This document shows positions 12,964 through 27,250 of a DNA stretch of 64,000 nucleotides, piece after piece; position 1 is the stretch's first letter; the number at the start of each line of letters is the position of its first letter. Under the pieces are notes generated by a model. It had not been told where the DNA came from. It ran no database searches and saw nothing but the letters and a program-made list of their open reading frames with translations. The DNA lies in contig JBITNC010000001.1 in assembly GCA_050084985.1 (NCBI GenBank), positions 133,176,001 to 133,240,000 on the forward strand, in the 5' to 3' direction. Source of the stretch: Nageia nagi. Taxonomy: Eukaryota > Plantae > Pinophyta. The position numbers and the translations under genes were made by a program.

Positions 12964-15900
12964 TATTGGGAACTTAGTGCACATCCCAAGACAATCTTTA
13001 GGTTTTCCAAGTTCACTAACTAACTCGTACCCTACAGACCGACCAACTGACCCCCAAATGTCAACCAGTTCTAATATAACTGGTTAGGTCTATCTAATTG
13101 GTCTACACCCCACCAGTTAGACCCAGATTTGTAATGCCTCAAAACTTAAAATCCTAAGGCATTTCATTTTGTTTCTTGCATATTTTTCTTCCTTTTTTAG
13201 GTTTCCCTGAAGGATACGACATGTATATCACTTCTTGGGATCAGTTACTAGGTTAGTGAATTAGTAATTGTGTTAGTCTACTTGCAATAGTTAGAGTGTT
13301 AATGTATTTTTCTTCTCTCTGCAATTTTCACCATTGTAAGATTGTTAAAACTTCAAACTCGAAGCTCTTATTCTATAATTTCATTCATTACTATATTTGA
13401 TTTGTTCCTACTTCATTTTGTATTGTTGTTACTATCTTTCAGCTCTATTTGAGTTTATTTGAAATAGTTTAAATTGTTCATTTGGTATTAGAGCTTTGTC
13501 TAATCTTTGTTGGGTTTGAGAAAGCCTATGGCTTCTTGCAATTACAAAAATTTCTTGTAGTCTTGGTTTCTTGATTGCAGGTATAATGGCTAGCAACACA
13601 AACTCATTAATTCTCATTCTAGAGTTTGATGGTAATTATTATAGTTACTAGAATATTAAAATACAAACTTTGCTCATTGGTAAAGTCAACAGATTGGAAC
13701 ACTCTTTCAACTAATGATAAGAAGGCTAAGAAGGAATCTAGGAGCAAGAACTCACTTTCCTTGTCTCACATCCAAGCAGCTCTTGACAAGAGCATATTTC
13801 CTAGAATTGTTGATTGTAAGATAGCCAAAGAAGATTAGACAGTGTTGAAGGAAGGTTTCCAAGGGAGCGACAAAGTTAAGGAGGTGAAATTGCAAACTCT
13901 TAAGAACTGAATTTGAGACTCTCAAGATGAAGGAAACTTAAAAAGCTTCATATTACTATGTTAGAGTGAAGGAGATAGTTAACAAGATGGAAACTCTTGG
14001 AGAGGACTTGGAGAAAGTTGTAGTAATTAAAAAAATCCTAAGATCTCTTACGAAGATATGGAATCACATTGTTGTGAACTTGATGGAAACTAAATACCTC
14101 TCTCAAATGGAGATTGATACTCTCATTAGCTCTCTTATGTGAAGAGATGATAGATGAAGAGCCAACCCAATCCAGTAAAGAGGAGAAATCCTTTGCTACA
14201 AAAGAAGGGCAATCTAGCCCAAATGGACACAGAAGAGGAAGAGGAAGAAGCTAGCAAAGAGGGAGAGGTAGAGGAAGAGGAGGCTACTCCAACGCAAGGG
14301 GAAGAGGTAGAGGCACAAGTGACAAGAGAAATGATCAATGCTTATATTGTAACAAATATGGGCATTATGAGAGGGAGTGTATAGCAAAGCAAGCAGCAAA
14401 TGGTGAAGGAAGAGCAACAGATTATGGAGAGGAAGAAGAGTGTGGTTAAACTATCTTTCTTTTCATGGAGAAGACAACCAATGTGGTTGAAGAAAAGAAG
14501 GAGGAAACATGGTTGCTAGACACCAGGTGTTCAAATCATATTACCGGAAAGGGGGAGTTGCTCTCATCCATGGATCATTCCTACAAGTCAAGCATCAAAT
14601 TTGACACAACTGAGCAATTGAAGTGGCTGGTAAACGTATGCTTATGGTGCCTACTAAGCATGGAATAAAGAAGGTTCATAATGTCTATCACACTTTGGAT
14701 ATTGCTTATAGTTTACTTAGTGTTGGGAAAATTATAGAGAATAACTATAAACTAATTTTTGAAGATGGAAAATGTGAAATTTTTGACAAGAATCATGGCA
14801 AGAAACTTGTTACTATTGTCCAAATGACTGTAGATAGATTATTTCTAATGAATATTAGGGATAAAGGGGAAAATATTCATGCAAATGTGGCTATGAATGA
14901 TGTGTCTTGGTAGTGGCATCTCAAATTTGGTCATGTAAATTTTAACAGCTTGAAATTATCTCATGAACTTGTTCATGGTTTGCCTCTTATTGAAGACCCC
15001 TAATTTGTTTGTGAAGCTTGTATTTTGGGAAAGAAAACAAGAAAAAAATTTGATCATGGGAAAGCATGGAGGGTCTCATTCCCATTGCAGCTAGTGCATA
15101 TTGATTTATGTGTACCAACACAAACTAAAAGTATTGCTATGAATTCCTATTTCCTTACTTTCATTGATAATTTTAGTAGAATGTGTTGGGTGTATTTTTT
15201 GAAAAATAAAGATGAGGCATTTGAGTACTTCAAAGAATTCAAAGAGTTAGTTGAAAATGAGAGTGAACATAAGATCAAATGTGTGAGAAGTGATAGAGAG
15301 GGAGAGTATACTTTAGTTGTATTTACTAATTTTTGTAAAGAACATGGCATTAAATGACAATACACTATGTCCTATACTCCTCAACAAAATGGAGTGGTTG
15401 AGATGAAAAATAGAACTCTTATGGAAATGGAAAGATTCTTAATGCAATCCAAAAAGTTACATCACATGTATTAGGTTGAAGTAGTAAGAACAACCAACTA
15501 CATATTAAATATATGTTCTACTACTACTATTGAAGGGAAGATACCATTTGAAGCTTGGTTTGATAAGAAACCTATTGTCCAACATTCTAGAGTTTTTGGG
15601 TTATTGGCCTATGCATATGTGCCCAAAGAAAATAGGAAAAAGTTAGATGCCAAGAGTGAATCATGTGTTTTCATTGGTTACAATGAAGAAATTAAAGCAT
15701 ATAGGCTATATAATCCAAAGAGAAGGAAAGTGATTATTGCTAGAGATGTCATTTTTTAGGAGGGAAGTATTTATGGAAAACAACAAAAATACATTATTGA
15801 TGTTGGAGGAGAAGTGCCTAGCCATGAGAACAATTCAAAATTAAGAAATGTATATCCCAGGAGATCAAATTCTCTTCCAAATCTTCAAGTGATGCCTCTA

Positions 15901-18251
15901 AGTCCCCCATCAAGTCCCTCCACTAGCTCCAAATCTACTCCTACTTCTCCTTCAAGTGGTGGCTCTCCAAATGTGATTCAAGAGGTGATGATGAAAAAAT
16001 GAGGTAAAAGGTATTTCAAAAACCATCCTCCTTCTCAAGTTTTAGATCCAAACTTTCATCAAAGGCTTACTCGAATTCAATTTCATGAAATGGAGAAGTT
16101 TGTAAAGCAATTTAATTATATGAAAATTGATGAATAGCCAAAGGGAGACATGGTTAATTTTGTATTGTGTACAATCAAAAATACTATTTTTTTTATTTTG
16201 ATCCATCTTGCTATAAGGAATCTTGCACCAAAAATGTGTGGTTGAAGGCCATGCAAGAAGAGCTTCACTCAATTGAAAAGAATGACACTTGGAAACTTTG
16301 TGAGCTGCCCAAAGGAAAGAGTTGTGTAGGCTCCAAGTGGGTCTACAAAACTAAATACAACAATAATGGAACAATAGAGAGACATAAATCAATATTGGTT
16401 GCTAAAGCCTTCACATAAAAATATGGTGTAGATTTTGGGAGACTTTTGCACCAGTTACAAGGCAAGAAATAGTAATAATACTTCTTTTAGTGGCTACCAA
16501 AAAGCATTGGAGTGTACATCACATGGATGTCAAGAGTGCATTCCTAAATGGCTACTTTAATGAATAGGTGTATGTGGAACAACCTCAAGGATTTCAATTC
16601 CAAGGTAAAGAAAATCATGTGTACAAGCTCAAGAAGGATTTGTATGGTCTCAAGCAAGCTCCAAGAGCTTGGTACACCTAGATTGATGGATACTTCCAAA
16701 ATTTTGGACTCATGAGGAGAAAGAATGAGCCAACACTCTACATCAAGAGAGAAGGTAATTAGATTTTACTTATTTCTATTTATATTTATGATTTGATCTA
16801 TATGGTAAGTGATTCCTTCTTGAATGATAAATTCAAAGATAATTTGATGAATGAGTTTGATATGAAGGATCTAGGCCTCATGACATACTTTCTTGGTATG
16901 GAGGTCCACCAATGTCAAGAACAAATTTTTGTTTCCCAAAGCAAGTATGTAAGACACATGCTCAAGAAATATGGCATGGATAATTGTACTATTATTTTAA
17001 AACTTGCAGCTCATGAAGAGTTGCTATGTAAAGATGATGGTGTTCCAAAAATAAGTGTAACAGAATTTAGGAGCATTATAGGTAGTCTCATGTTTCTTTG
17101 CAATACTATGTTTGATATTCAATATGTTGTCTCTATGGTATCTAGATATATGAATTATCTTCCATTTTGCATATGAAGGCTACAAAATGTATTCTCGAAT
17201 ATGTTGAAGGAACCATTAATTATGGTCTTCATTATTCTCATTTGGAGAATATGGAACTAGTTAGTTTTAGCGATAGTGATTAGCATAACAATTTAGATGA
17301 CAAAAAATCCACTTCTGGACATTGTTTCTCACTTGGCTTAGGTATGATTACATGGAGCTCCAAGAAGCAATCTACAATAGCTCTTTCCTCTTATGAAGTA
17401 GATTATATTGCTCTTATAGCAACTAGTGCTCAAGCATTATGGTTGAGAAAGTTACTTAATGAAATTGGTGAGAAACAATATGGACAAACAACTCTTTTTT
17501 GTGACAATCAGAGTGCCATTCAGTTGGCACATAATCCCATCCACCATAGTAGGTCAAAGCACTTTTAACTCAAGTATCATTTCATACATTACATGGTGGA
17601 GAAGAGCTTCAATATTACAACACCAAGATCAATATATTGATATCTTTACAAAAGGTTTGTCAAGGCTCAATATATGATGCTCAGAGACTCCATGGTGAGT
17701 CCCTTTCCATCAAGGGGGAGAATTTTGGTGACTTAGCACACATACCAATATAATATTCAAGTTTTTCAAGTTCATTAACCAACTAGTACCCTATAGATCA
17801 ACCAACCAACCAATCAACCGACCCCCAAATGTCAACCAATTTTAATCCAAATGGTTAGGCATGTCTAACCAATCTACACTCCATCGATTCGATCCAGATT
17901 TGTAATGCCTTGAAACTTAAAATCTTGAGGTGTTTCATTTTGTTTCTTATGCATTTTTCTTGCTTTTTCAAGTCATGCTAAAGGATACGACATGTGTATC
18001 ACTTCTGGGGATCATTTACTAGGCTAGCAAGTTAGTAATTATGTTAGTCTACTTGCAATAGTTAGAATGTTAATGTATTTTTATTATCTCTATAATTTTT
18101 ACCATTATAAGATTGTTAAAGCTTCAAACTTGAAGCTCTTGCTCTATAATTTCATTCATTATTGTATTTGAGTTGTTCCTACTTCATTTTGTATTATTAT
18201 TACTATCTTTCAACTCTAATTGAGTTTATTTGAAATAGTTTAAATTGTTCA
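12964..18251 (+). mobile_element. Full-length but degenerate Ty1/Copia LTR retrotransposon
   Basis: LTRs 12964-13480 and 17723-18251 both end aaattgttca; tRNA-iMet-type PBS tggtattagagc (13483-13494); PPT aagggggagaa (17712-17722); domain order gag-PR-INT-RT-RH. Confidence 0.95.
13587..17710 (+). pseudogene. Copia gag-pol polyprotein with many stops and frameshifts
   Basis: Protease WLLDTRCSNHITG; integrase LQLVHIDLC and YFLTFIDNFSRMCWVYFLK; RT KWVYKTK, HMDVKSAFLNG and DMKDLG; RNase H WSSKKQ and LFCDNQSAIQLAHNP. Confidence 0.95.
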
Positions 18252-18460
18252 TTTTTGTATATGGTTTTCATCAAATGTTCTGCTTGTGTGTGCCATCATG
18301 TTCATGTATGAAAAATGTATTATAATATAAAAGGCCTAAATATTATTGACAAGATTCATGATGAAATCATAGTTTAATGGAATGTGATGATTTGATAATA
18401 TACAATCCATGGTTATAGAAAATATGCCCTTCAACTATTTAATGTGATGAACATTTAAAT
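18252..18460 (+). pseudogene. PLS-class PPR fragment (3' continuation after the Copia)
   Basis: SSNVLLVCAIMFMYEKC then, after a frameshift, KIHDEIIV*WNVMI**YTIHGYRKYALQLFNVM. Confidence 0.75.
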
Positions 18461-19479
18461 TAAATTAATATAAGTGGTCCACCATATCTTTGAGCATCCA
18501 TGTGGAGTGCCAGATGGAAAAAATAAATAATAAAATATTATCAACATTTCATGCAATTTCATTTTAGCCCAATCACATCTATTTTTCAACATGTTAGGGT
18601 TAGCTTGATCCAATGTGTTGCTAGTTGGTGGTTCCAGTGGGTTGACTATGTTTGATTCATGTTGTTATTATTTGTAGGTTGCATATGCACATAGAATAAG
18701 GAGGCAATTAGTAAAATAGAGAGCGAAAACAAGGTTTCCTACACATAGGAGAGGTGCTCGATTGCATCCTAATGAAGATGGAAGTGTGCATGAGGGATTA
18801 CTTAACTTTCAATTAAAGTTGATTAAGAATGCAAAAATTAGCATGATGATGAAATTTAAAGTCCATGTGGCCGAATAGGTCTATAATACCTACCTATAAA
18901 ATTGGTTGTCTTTTTTGGTAAATAAAAAATTCTATTAGCTTAAAAAGAAGTAAATAGGATTACCTTGAAAAAGTACAATAACCAAACCATGTATAATTAA
19001 CTATATATCTACCTATTATGTTGCATTAGTCTTTGTACTATCTAAGAAAAAACCAAAAATCATAGCTATTACTTAAAATTTTGATGTTGCATGTAGACTT
19101 CTCAAATTTTCCAAGTATATCTAGTAGAAAACTACTAGATTTACTTCAATTATTTTAGAAGTAGGATACCTCAACCAAATATTAGGAATGATCCTCAATT
19201 CCTTTGAGTTCTTGTTATTAATACATTTCTTATTCTACTTTCCAAACTCTTTTTTTGAAAGCACTGGTGTTAGTCAATTTTAGAGCACTCAAAGAAAGTT
19301 TAATTATTTATACAAAGATAAAATTGTTGGGGTAAGTCTAGCTTCCTAGCAAAGAAAAATCATTGGCATTAAAGTCTTTTATTGATCCATCTTAAGGTTT
19401 GGCTAGGGAGGAGTGGATAAGACAACTCCCTAGACAATATCTTCATTTGAAAATACTATATGATCTATAGCATTATCAT

Positions 19480-19870
19480 CATATGTTTGAAGATATTAGA
19501 ATATATTAGATTCCTAAAGAAAAGTGGAAGGAGGTCTAGTAGTGTGAGTGGGCTTTTTTCTTATAGGAGGTCTAATTGGTTTAGCAAGGGGATATGACCT
19601 ATGTTCTTGTTGGCTAATGTGTGAAGAAGTTTCTACAAATGGATTTGATCTAGCTTCTTCTTGGTTTGAGAGAGGGAAACTACAAGAAATATGCCCATAT
19701 TCATGACATAATCTGCATATGAAAGGAAGGTGCTCATAGTCCAAAAAAATTTCCTTAATCTTATCTTCTATTTTGGATACTGATTTTGGGGGGGAGAGGG
19801 GTATCCAAATTTAGGTTTACACAAATACAAGCAAGAGATAATTATTTGTATTCAAGGGTTGAGATAATTG
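19480..19870 (-). mobile_element. LINE (L1-clade) ORF1 fragment with zinc knuckle
   Basis: DYEHLPFICRLCHEYGHISCSF matches the YExLP.CxxCxxxGHxxxxC motif of plant L1 ORF1. Confidence 0.75.
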
Positions 19871-22800
19871 TTTGTATTAGGGATGATTTTAGGTAGCAAT
19901 GCCTTGAATGTTAGAATAATGAAAAAGCAAAATACTTTTAATCTCTCTTTTCTCAACAAAAAATAATAGATATACTAAAATTTGAAAAAGGTGATTATTG
20001 ATAACCTTAAAAGATAGAGATAGGACCACTCTTATATGTGTTGTTTTATAATTATGCACCTATAAAAAGATCAAATATTAAGAAATAACTTTGGTTCATA
20101 TAGCCTATAGCACAAGCATATATGGTCCATGAAATAATTATCCAAGGCCCTCAGAATTAAGATTTCTAAAATCTCTTCATAAGAATCAAGCATTGTAAAA
20201 TATCATTTATTCATTAAAAGACCCCACTACATCAATTCTACATAGAAGCTAAACCAATGTTGCTATAGTTGTTAATAACCTATGAACTTTTGGTCATGGT
20301 ATATAAAAAGACACCAAAATGTAGGCATGCATATTAACTATCTTATCCTTGTGAGAACATATTAACAATATAATAGTAGAAAGTGTTTATTGAATAAAAA
20401 ATGAAAAATGCCTAATCTGAATTTCAAATTACTTTGTAACTCAAATATTCAAAGTTTCTATGGTAACTTTAAATATTCTATTTAATAGATTAGAAACCTG
20501 ATCTACTTTTTTCTAAATTTCTAATCTTTTTGTTCTTTTTATGAAATTTTAGAAAGAAAAGAAAAATATTTTGGCTTAAAAAAGATTTAATATACATATC
20601 AAATAATATAAATAATAATAATAAGTGGAAGATGTGGTGTTTCTTGAATATTGTCTTAAAGATAACTCCTAAATCATTTTCTGATTCAAATATTTGATGG
20701 TTAAATGGTAACTTGAGATGCATTATATAATATATTAGTCACATCCTTCACATCTTGCTACATTCCCATTAACCTATATGCTTTTTATTTAAGAGTAAAT
20801 TCTTTACATAAATTAGTATCTAAAACGTTATTGGCATGAGAAAGTGGTAATTTTGGGAAATAAAAAAACTTAAGTAGAAGTCATCTCTTTTACAGTTTAT
20901 ATGTTATTTTAGAAGTCTAAGAAAACTAAGTTTTTATAGTTGTATTATTCTTAGATCATTTGAAAGATAGGTAGGAAATAAAAGGGATTTGGAAACTCAA
21001 GATAAAATTGAAAATAATGAACCATGTAAATAGGCACATTTCCTTTTTCTAGACTTTTAGCTAGTCTAACTCTATAATGATTGAAAGCAACCAAGAATGC
21101 AATATCTACCATTTAGATAGGTGGTCAATGTAGAATGATAAACATGTTTCTAGTGATAACTTGTTCTTCCATAGTTATCAAATAAAGGTTATGTATAATA
21201 TATAAAGATGTAGTAAGTAAGCCACAATATCAAGGGATACAAATCGAAGATAAACTAAAATGAACAACATATACTTCAACATAGAACTCTAAATTACACC
21301 TATAATTACAAAATTATAATAAAAAAAAATAAAAATATTTAGTAATAATAGTGAAGAATCAAACACATTTAATAACATATTACATACTATAATAATAGTG
21401 TACTTAGTTAAGGTCAATACCTCACCTATATTTTCATGGAGGTTGAAGAACATGTCACACCATTTGCATGAGGGAAAAGTTGAGGGAGAGCACCTACCAC
21501 ATCATCTTGAAGGATAAAATCAATGAAGAGAGACATCAACCTAGGATCCATTGAGATAACAAATGGAGCTAAAGCTAATGGATACAAGTAGTAGAGGAAG
21601 ATGATCAATGTAGGCAAAGCTAAGGGAGATGACAAGTGGAGGCAGATCCAAGGAAGACAATAGGAAAAGGTGAACCACATGGGTGCTAATGGAGCCAAAG
21701 ACTTGAGAATATGTGAACCACTATAGGGATCAAAATGATTAGGAAGAAAATGAAATACATCCAATGCTTGATCCCCCACCTCAAACATAGGTGCAATGTA
21801 AGAGGAGTTAATATGGAGTTCTATGTAGAAAGTGGGAGAAATATGGAGTGGACTAATGGAGAAGTATGCATTGAATGTTTCTTTGTGCTCATTGAGGGTG
21901 GAAAATACATCAGTTAACACACATCCATTGTTGGAATGTATAATGCATTATTGTAAAGGTTTTATAATAATCTTTTATGTAAGTTCACTAATACTTAAAG
22001 GTATCATTTGATACCTTAAGTATTTATGTGAATATGATAATGTTACTTGTCCTACACTCCATGTCATGAGCGTGCCCCTAGGGTAAAAGGATGTGCATGT
22101 CATGCTTTTGTACATTAGGTAAAAGGGTGATCCAAAGAGGGATTTTGGCCTATTAATAGAAGGCTCCCTCTTTAGATCAAACACCAACTTTTGGAATAAA
22201 GCTATGCTATAGGATAGTGTTTAGGAGATGAGTTAGGAGAATTGTAAGAGATACATGTTTGTGAATGAAGTGAGATCTAGTTAGTGGATGTACTCCTAGT
22301 TGGATGAACCACTTACATCTTGTGTTATCTTTGTGGGATTGATTTCTGAGTTTGTTAGATGTGTATTGTGAGCTTTTTGTGGTATTAGTATTTTAGAGTT
22401 GTTCATGTTATAGTTCAATGCCAACCTCCTATGTTACTTGTATTTTTTTAATTGCTAAAATGTAAAAAAAAGGGGTTAGTGTACAAAAAAAAGGAGAGCA
22501 TTATTTTTTCATATTTTTTTTACATATTATTGCTATTACTAACACTATTTTAAATGTAATTCTTTGCTTAAATAAATAATAGTATGTTTCTTTTACACAA
22601 ATTTTAGTGTAAAATATATAGAAGGTAATTACATTTTTTTACCTTTTTTTAAAAAAAAATTTACCAAGTTTTTTCAAAAGTATGGTTTGCATTTAAATAA
22701 AAAAGGGGGGGTTATATATATATAACTTTTTTGTTCAAAAGGGAGTGGGAGCATTTTTTATTTCAATATTTTTTTGAAAATAATTATTTTTTTTACTAGC

Positions 22801-23948
22801 CTTTGATCGTCCAACCTACTAGTCTTCACAGCAAGTCATGAGCTGGGATTTGGTGAGGGGGGGTGTCTAACTTTTTTTTTCTCCCTTGGCACTACATTTT
22901 CTCCTATGGGTAGGGCCTACTAGAGGGTGGCCTTATGGTGAGATTTGTTATAGGAATCGAAGGGATATAAAGCTAACCTTTTCTCATATCTTCCACCTAC
23001 AAATGGCTCCCTCGATTGCTTGATCCTTCCTTATGCTTGATTTTTAAAACATTCTACAACTCATAGATTATACTCATGCAAACCCCTCTCTCACCCTCAT
23101 GATCATTAAATGGCACTCACAGCCTATTACTATATGCTTCTCCTACTCGTATCCCCTTATTTTTAGCTTCTTCCATTAGGATCCTTTACCAGCTTATGGT
23201 CCTCCTTTCTTCTACATGGCCTCTCCACTGTGCCCTTCTCTCTTTGATTCATATCCCTTTAACCATCTCACTCCAGTGCTTCTCACCTCTACCCTCATGT
23301 GTATGATTACCCATATCTACCCTTCCCTTGCTCATGCCACTCTCCCATGCATGATCTCAACCCTTGCCTCCATTTTTTTTTTTACTTTTTTTTTTCTCTC
23401 TACTGGTTGGCACATTCATTTTTTATTGGATTGTTTGGAAGTAACTTTATTTGGTGGGTGACATAATTTTTTTTCCCTTCTTTAATTTTCTTGTCAAAAA
23501 AGTTTGTGTATTATGATGACCTTCTTAAATTTGTGAAGACAAAAGGCATTAAAAATATGTATTTACTTGAAGTATGGGTATCCATCTTCAATTTTTTAAA
23601 GACTTGTGTCCTTTTCCTTTAATGCTTGAGTAAGTTAATCTTTACTTGAAGTGAACTCTACCTTCAAATTTAATGCTTGTCATCAATTTTTTTTTCATCA
23701 TAAGTTATGTCAAATTTATTAATCTTAGCTACAATTGACTTTTTCCTTAAATTGCAAAATTGTCTTTAGTCTTAAAATATTTAAATAGTGTATTAAAAAA
23801 AATTATTTAGCATTCTTTTACCTTACTACTTAGGTAAAGATGATAATTTTTTTTAAATTTCCTAAGGTTAAAATTGCAAATTCAATGATTTTTGAAGAAC
23901 TTTTTTTAAGAAAATAAGGGAGAATTTTTTATTGTTGTTGTTTACTTT

Positions 23949-23950
<2 letters not shown>

Positions 23951-23990
<40 letters not shown>
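23951..23990. repeat. (AG)20 microsatellite
   Basis: Perfect ag run. Confidence 0.95.
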
Positions 23991-23994
<4 letters not shown>

Positions 23995-25021
23995 GAATGC
24001 ATGATTTTTTTTATCTCTCTAAAGCATTCATTTGTTTATAATTAAGTATTTATCTTTTTCTAAGATAAACTTACACAAATTAAAAATGATGCATGCTTAT
24101 TAATGATGCATACTTAATTTTTTAAGTTATGGTATTGATGCATGCTAAGTACTTTTTTATGTTAAGTTAATGGACTTATGCAAATTATAGCATTTTTTTC
24201 CTTATGGACCTATGTAAAGATTTCCTTTAGGGGTTAGTAAACAAAACCCATTAGACTCTTAAGGTTACAAGTTATGAATGAATGATGTTTAATTTATGCA
24301 CTTTATTTCATGTTTAGCACTTTTGTTTTATTTACTTATGCAAAAATTATAAACATTGAAATAAGCATCCCTCTAAAATGAATAGATTCACATATACATT
24401 CTGCAACATGATTTGTTTGGAGAGCCATGAGGTGAGGATAGGTGGATTAGAGCCTTTAAGTTCAATGATCCAAATGGTAAAAATTTCATACTTCTCAATT
24501 GCCCTTAAGTCCTTTGTTAGTCTAGACATAACTCTAATAGGTGAACAAGCATGTGTGTAATGATACCACATGTCTGCATGTCCATTCAAGGATTATCCTA
24601 ATAACCTAGGAGGACAACTTGAAACCTAATCAAGATTAATAATTTGGCTAATATAATAAACATCATAACCTTGGAAAATAGTAGGTAATTCTCCTTATGA
24701 TAGTATAATACTAACCAAGGTGAACTAGTTGAGGATTGGTAGTACTTGGGCTCCTCTTGTGTTGGCATCCAAGTGAAGGCCCAATTTTAGATAAGAAAAT
24801 AAGCCTCAACAATGTTACTCTTCATATTCAATTCTTGATATGAAAAATGTATTTGGGTACATGGGTTATTATTTGAGTTGTAAAACATTTGCACTTGTAA
24901 ATCAAATCAACCATGTCTTTAATGTTAAAGTTAACATGTATTATTTACTTGGTTAAAACTTAACATATAATGTTGTTTATTAAACCACATGCTTATTATT
25001 TTTCACATTATTATGTAGAAA

Positions 25022-27250
25022 ATGAGAGACTCCTTTTTACCCAAACATATTATTGATGGTTCCAAATTTGAGATTTGAGAACCTCGAATGAGAGCTAAAT
25101 TACAGGCAAGGAAGCTTTAACAAACAATAAATGAGAACCTTGCACCTTCTACATATGAGAAGGCCTAGAGGCTTATAACACAAAGAATGAGTTAGCAACC
25201 TCCATCATATTCCATGTAGTTCCAAATGATGTGCTCCTAATGATTTTCTCTTCAACTTTAACAAAGGAAGCTTAGGATAAGCTTAAGCAAATCTACCTTG
25301 GTTCAAAGTTTTCAAAAAGGTTTACTTTTCTCCAAAAGTTACTTCAATCTCATCAAGGGGAAGATGAAAATGTGGCTATATACTTAAACAAAATCATTGA
25401 CCTAAAGACTCATCTTATTGCTTATATGTACAATTTGATCAATAATGAGTTCATGGTTTTCATCATTCTCCAAATCCTTTCTTTAAACTTTGGTACCTTT
25501 GTGATAGTTATGGAATCAAGGCTTGATGATGAAGAAGAAGTCTTCTCCTTTGAGAACCTTTCTAGTCTTCTATTGAAGCATGAGGAAACTCTTAACAAAA
25601 AGATGTTAATTTCTTCTCCTAAGGATAATAATGTTACTCTTTGAGCAACCAAAACTCCTTTCAATAAGAAGTTCAACCATCAAAAGAAAGCTTATCCTTC
25701 TTCTTTCAAAAGGTTTGAGAAAAGAGGCAATAGTAACAGGAACAATGGTAACAACAACCACTTCAAGCAAAGAGATGGAAAAGACAAAGTAAACAATCCA
25801 TATCCTAAGGAAAAGATTGATGTTAATTGTAACTATTATGGCATTCAATGTCAAAAATAAGTTGAATGCTATAAAAAGAAAAGATAAGAAAAGAACAAAG
25901 GTAATGAAAATGTAAAAAACTTCAAAGGAAAGAAGAATATTCAAGATGATTTTGCTACAGTGCTCTACTCCTTATTTTGCTTTTTTTCATCTGATTGGAT
26001 TGTTGACTTTGCTTGCACTAATCACCTATACTTTGAAAAAGATAAGTTTGAGAACTTTCACAAGTATAAAAAAGATGAGGTTGTGATAGGTGATAATTCT
26101 ACCCTTGAAGTCCAAGGAATTAGGAGTGTGTTAATTCATAAAAAGGTTCTTGACAATGTGCTTTATGTTTCTAAGCTTAAGATGAAATTTCTCTCCATGA
26201 TATAAGATGCTAAAAAAGGGTACTCTTTTGAGTTTAAATCTCAATCCTGATGCATTAAGAAAGGACTTGCCACTTTGGTTAAAGGATTAGTGAAAGATGA
26301 TCTCTACATTATGGATCAAGTTCCTTCAAATATGTGTCTTGTTACAAGTGTGTGTTTTATAGGCAATCTTTGGCACCAACATTTAGGAAACCTTAACCAT
26401 AAGAGTATTCAACTCATGAAAGACCAAGAACTTATGAAAGGTTTGTCTTTAATTTCTTCTTCAATTGGTCTATACAAGAAGTGCATTCTTGGCAAGATGT
26501 ATAGACAAAAGTTTAAAAAAGATAAGGTAATAAGAGCATCTCAACCTATTCAACTTGTGCATTCAGATTTGATGGATCCATTTCAGACTAAGTCACTTGG
26601 AGGAGCATCTTACATCTTGACCTTCATTGATGACTTTAGTATGATGATCTTTGGGTATCTAGTTGAGCATAAGGATCAAACCTTTAAGAGTTTCAACATT
26701 TTTAAGGCCTATTGAGAATTAAACTAACATTAAATCAAGATGTTGAGATCAAATAATGGGAGAGAATATAATAGCAATGAGTTCAATGTCTATTGCACTA
26801 AGTATGGAATGAAAAGGTAGTTTACAATTTTATACACTCCTCAATAGAATAGTGTTATTGAAAGGAAAAATAGAATAATTATAGAAATGGATAGATGCAT
26901 CTTAGTTAATATTCCTACTTTCTTATGGGATGAAGCTATGAGCATTGCTATTTACACCTTGAATAGGTGTCCCAAAAAAGACATTCAAGGAAAAAATCCT
27001 CTTTTTTTTTATTTCTTCAAATAATCAATCAACTATTTTTTTGGCTAAGAATCCTATTTTTCATTATAGAACAAAACATATGGAAATCCATGCCCATTTT
27101 ATTAGGAAGAAGGTTCTTTATGGCATCATACATCTATAGTATTGTCCATCCACCTTGAACTCTGCCGATTTGTTCACCAAGCCCCTCTTGGAAGCTCAAT
27201 TCTATAAGCTTAGGGATGTTATGGGGTTGGTGAAGTTGTTCTCAAGGGGA
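25022..27250 (+). pseudogene. Copia gag-PR-INT fused directly to the RNase H C-terminus
   Basis: Protease DWIVDFACTNH; GAG-pre-integrase LWHQHLGNLN; integrase IQLVHSDLMDP and YILTFIDDFS; from ~27020 RNase H NNQSTIFLAKNPIFHYRTKH...ADLFTKPL. Confidence 0.88.

Noticed and set aside
20080-20350. Possible additional minus-strand PPR fragment
   Set aside because: Only faint motifs (KIVNMHA, IISWT); too degenerate to support.
21426-21920. 164-aa minus-strand ORF as a real gene
   Set aside because: No recognisable domain; it lies in repeat-like DNA abutting an LTR and is probably a retroelement relic.
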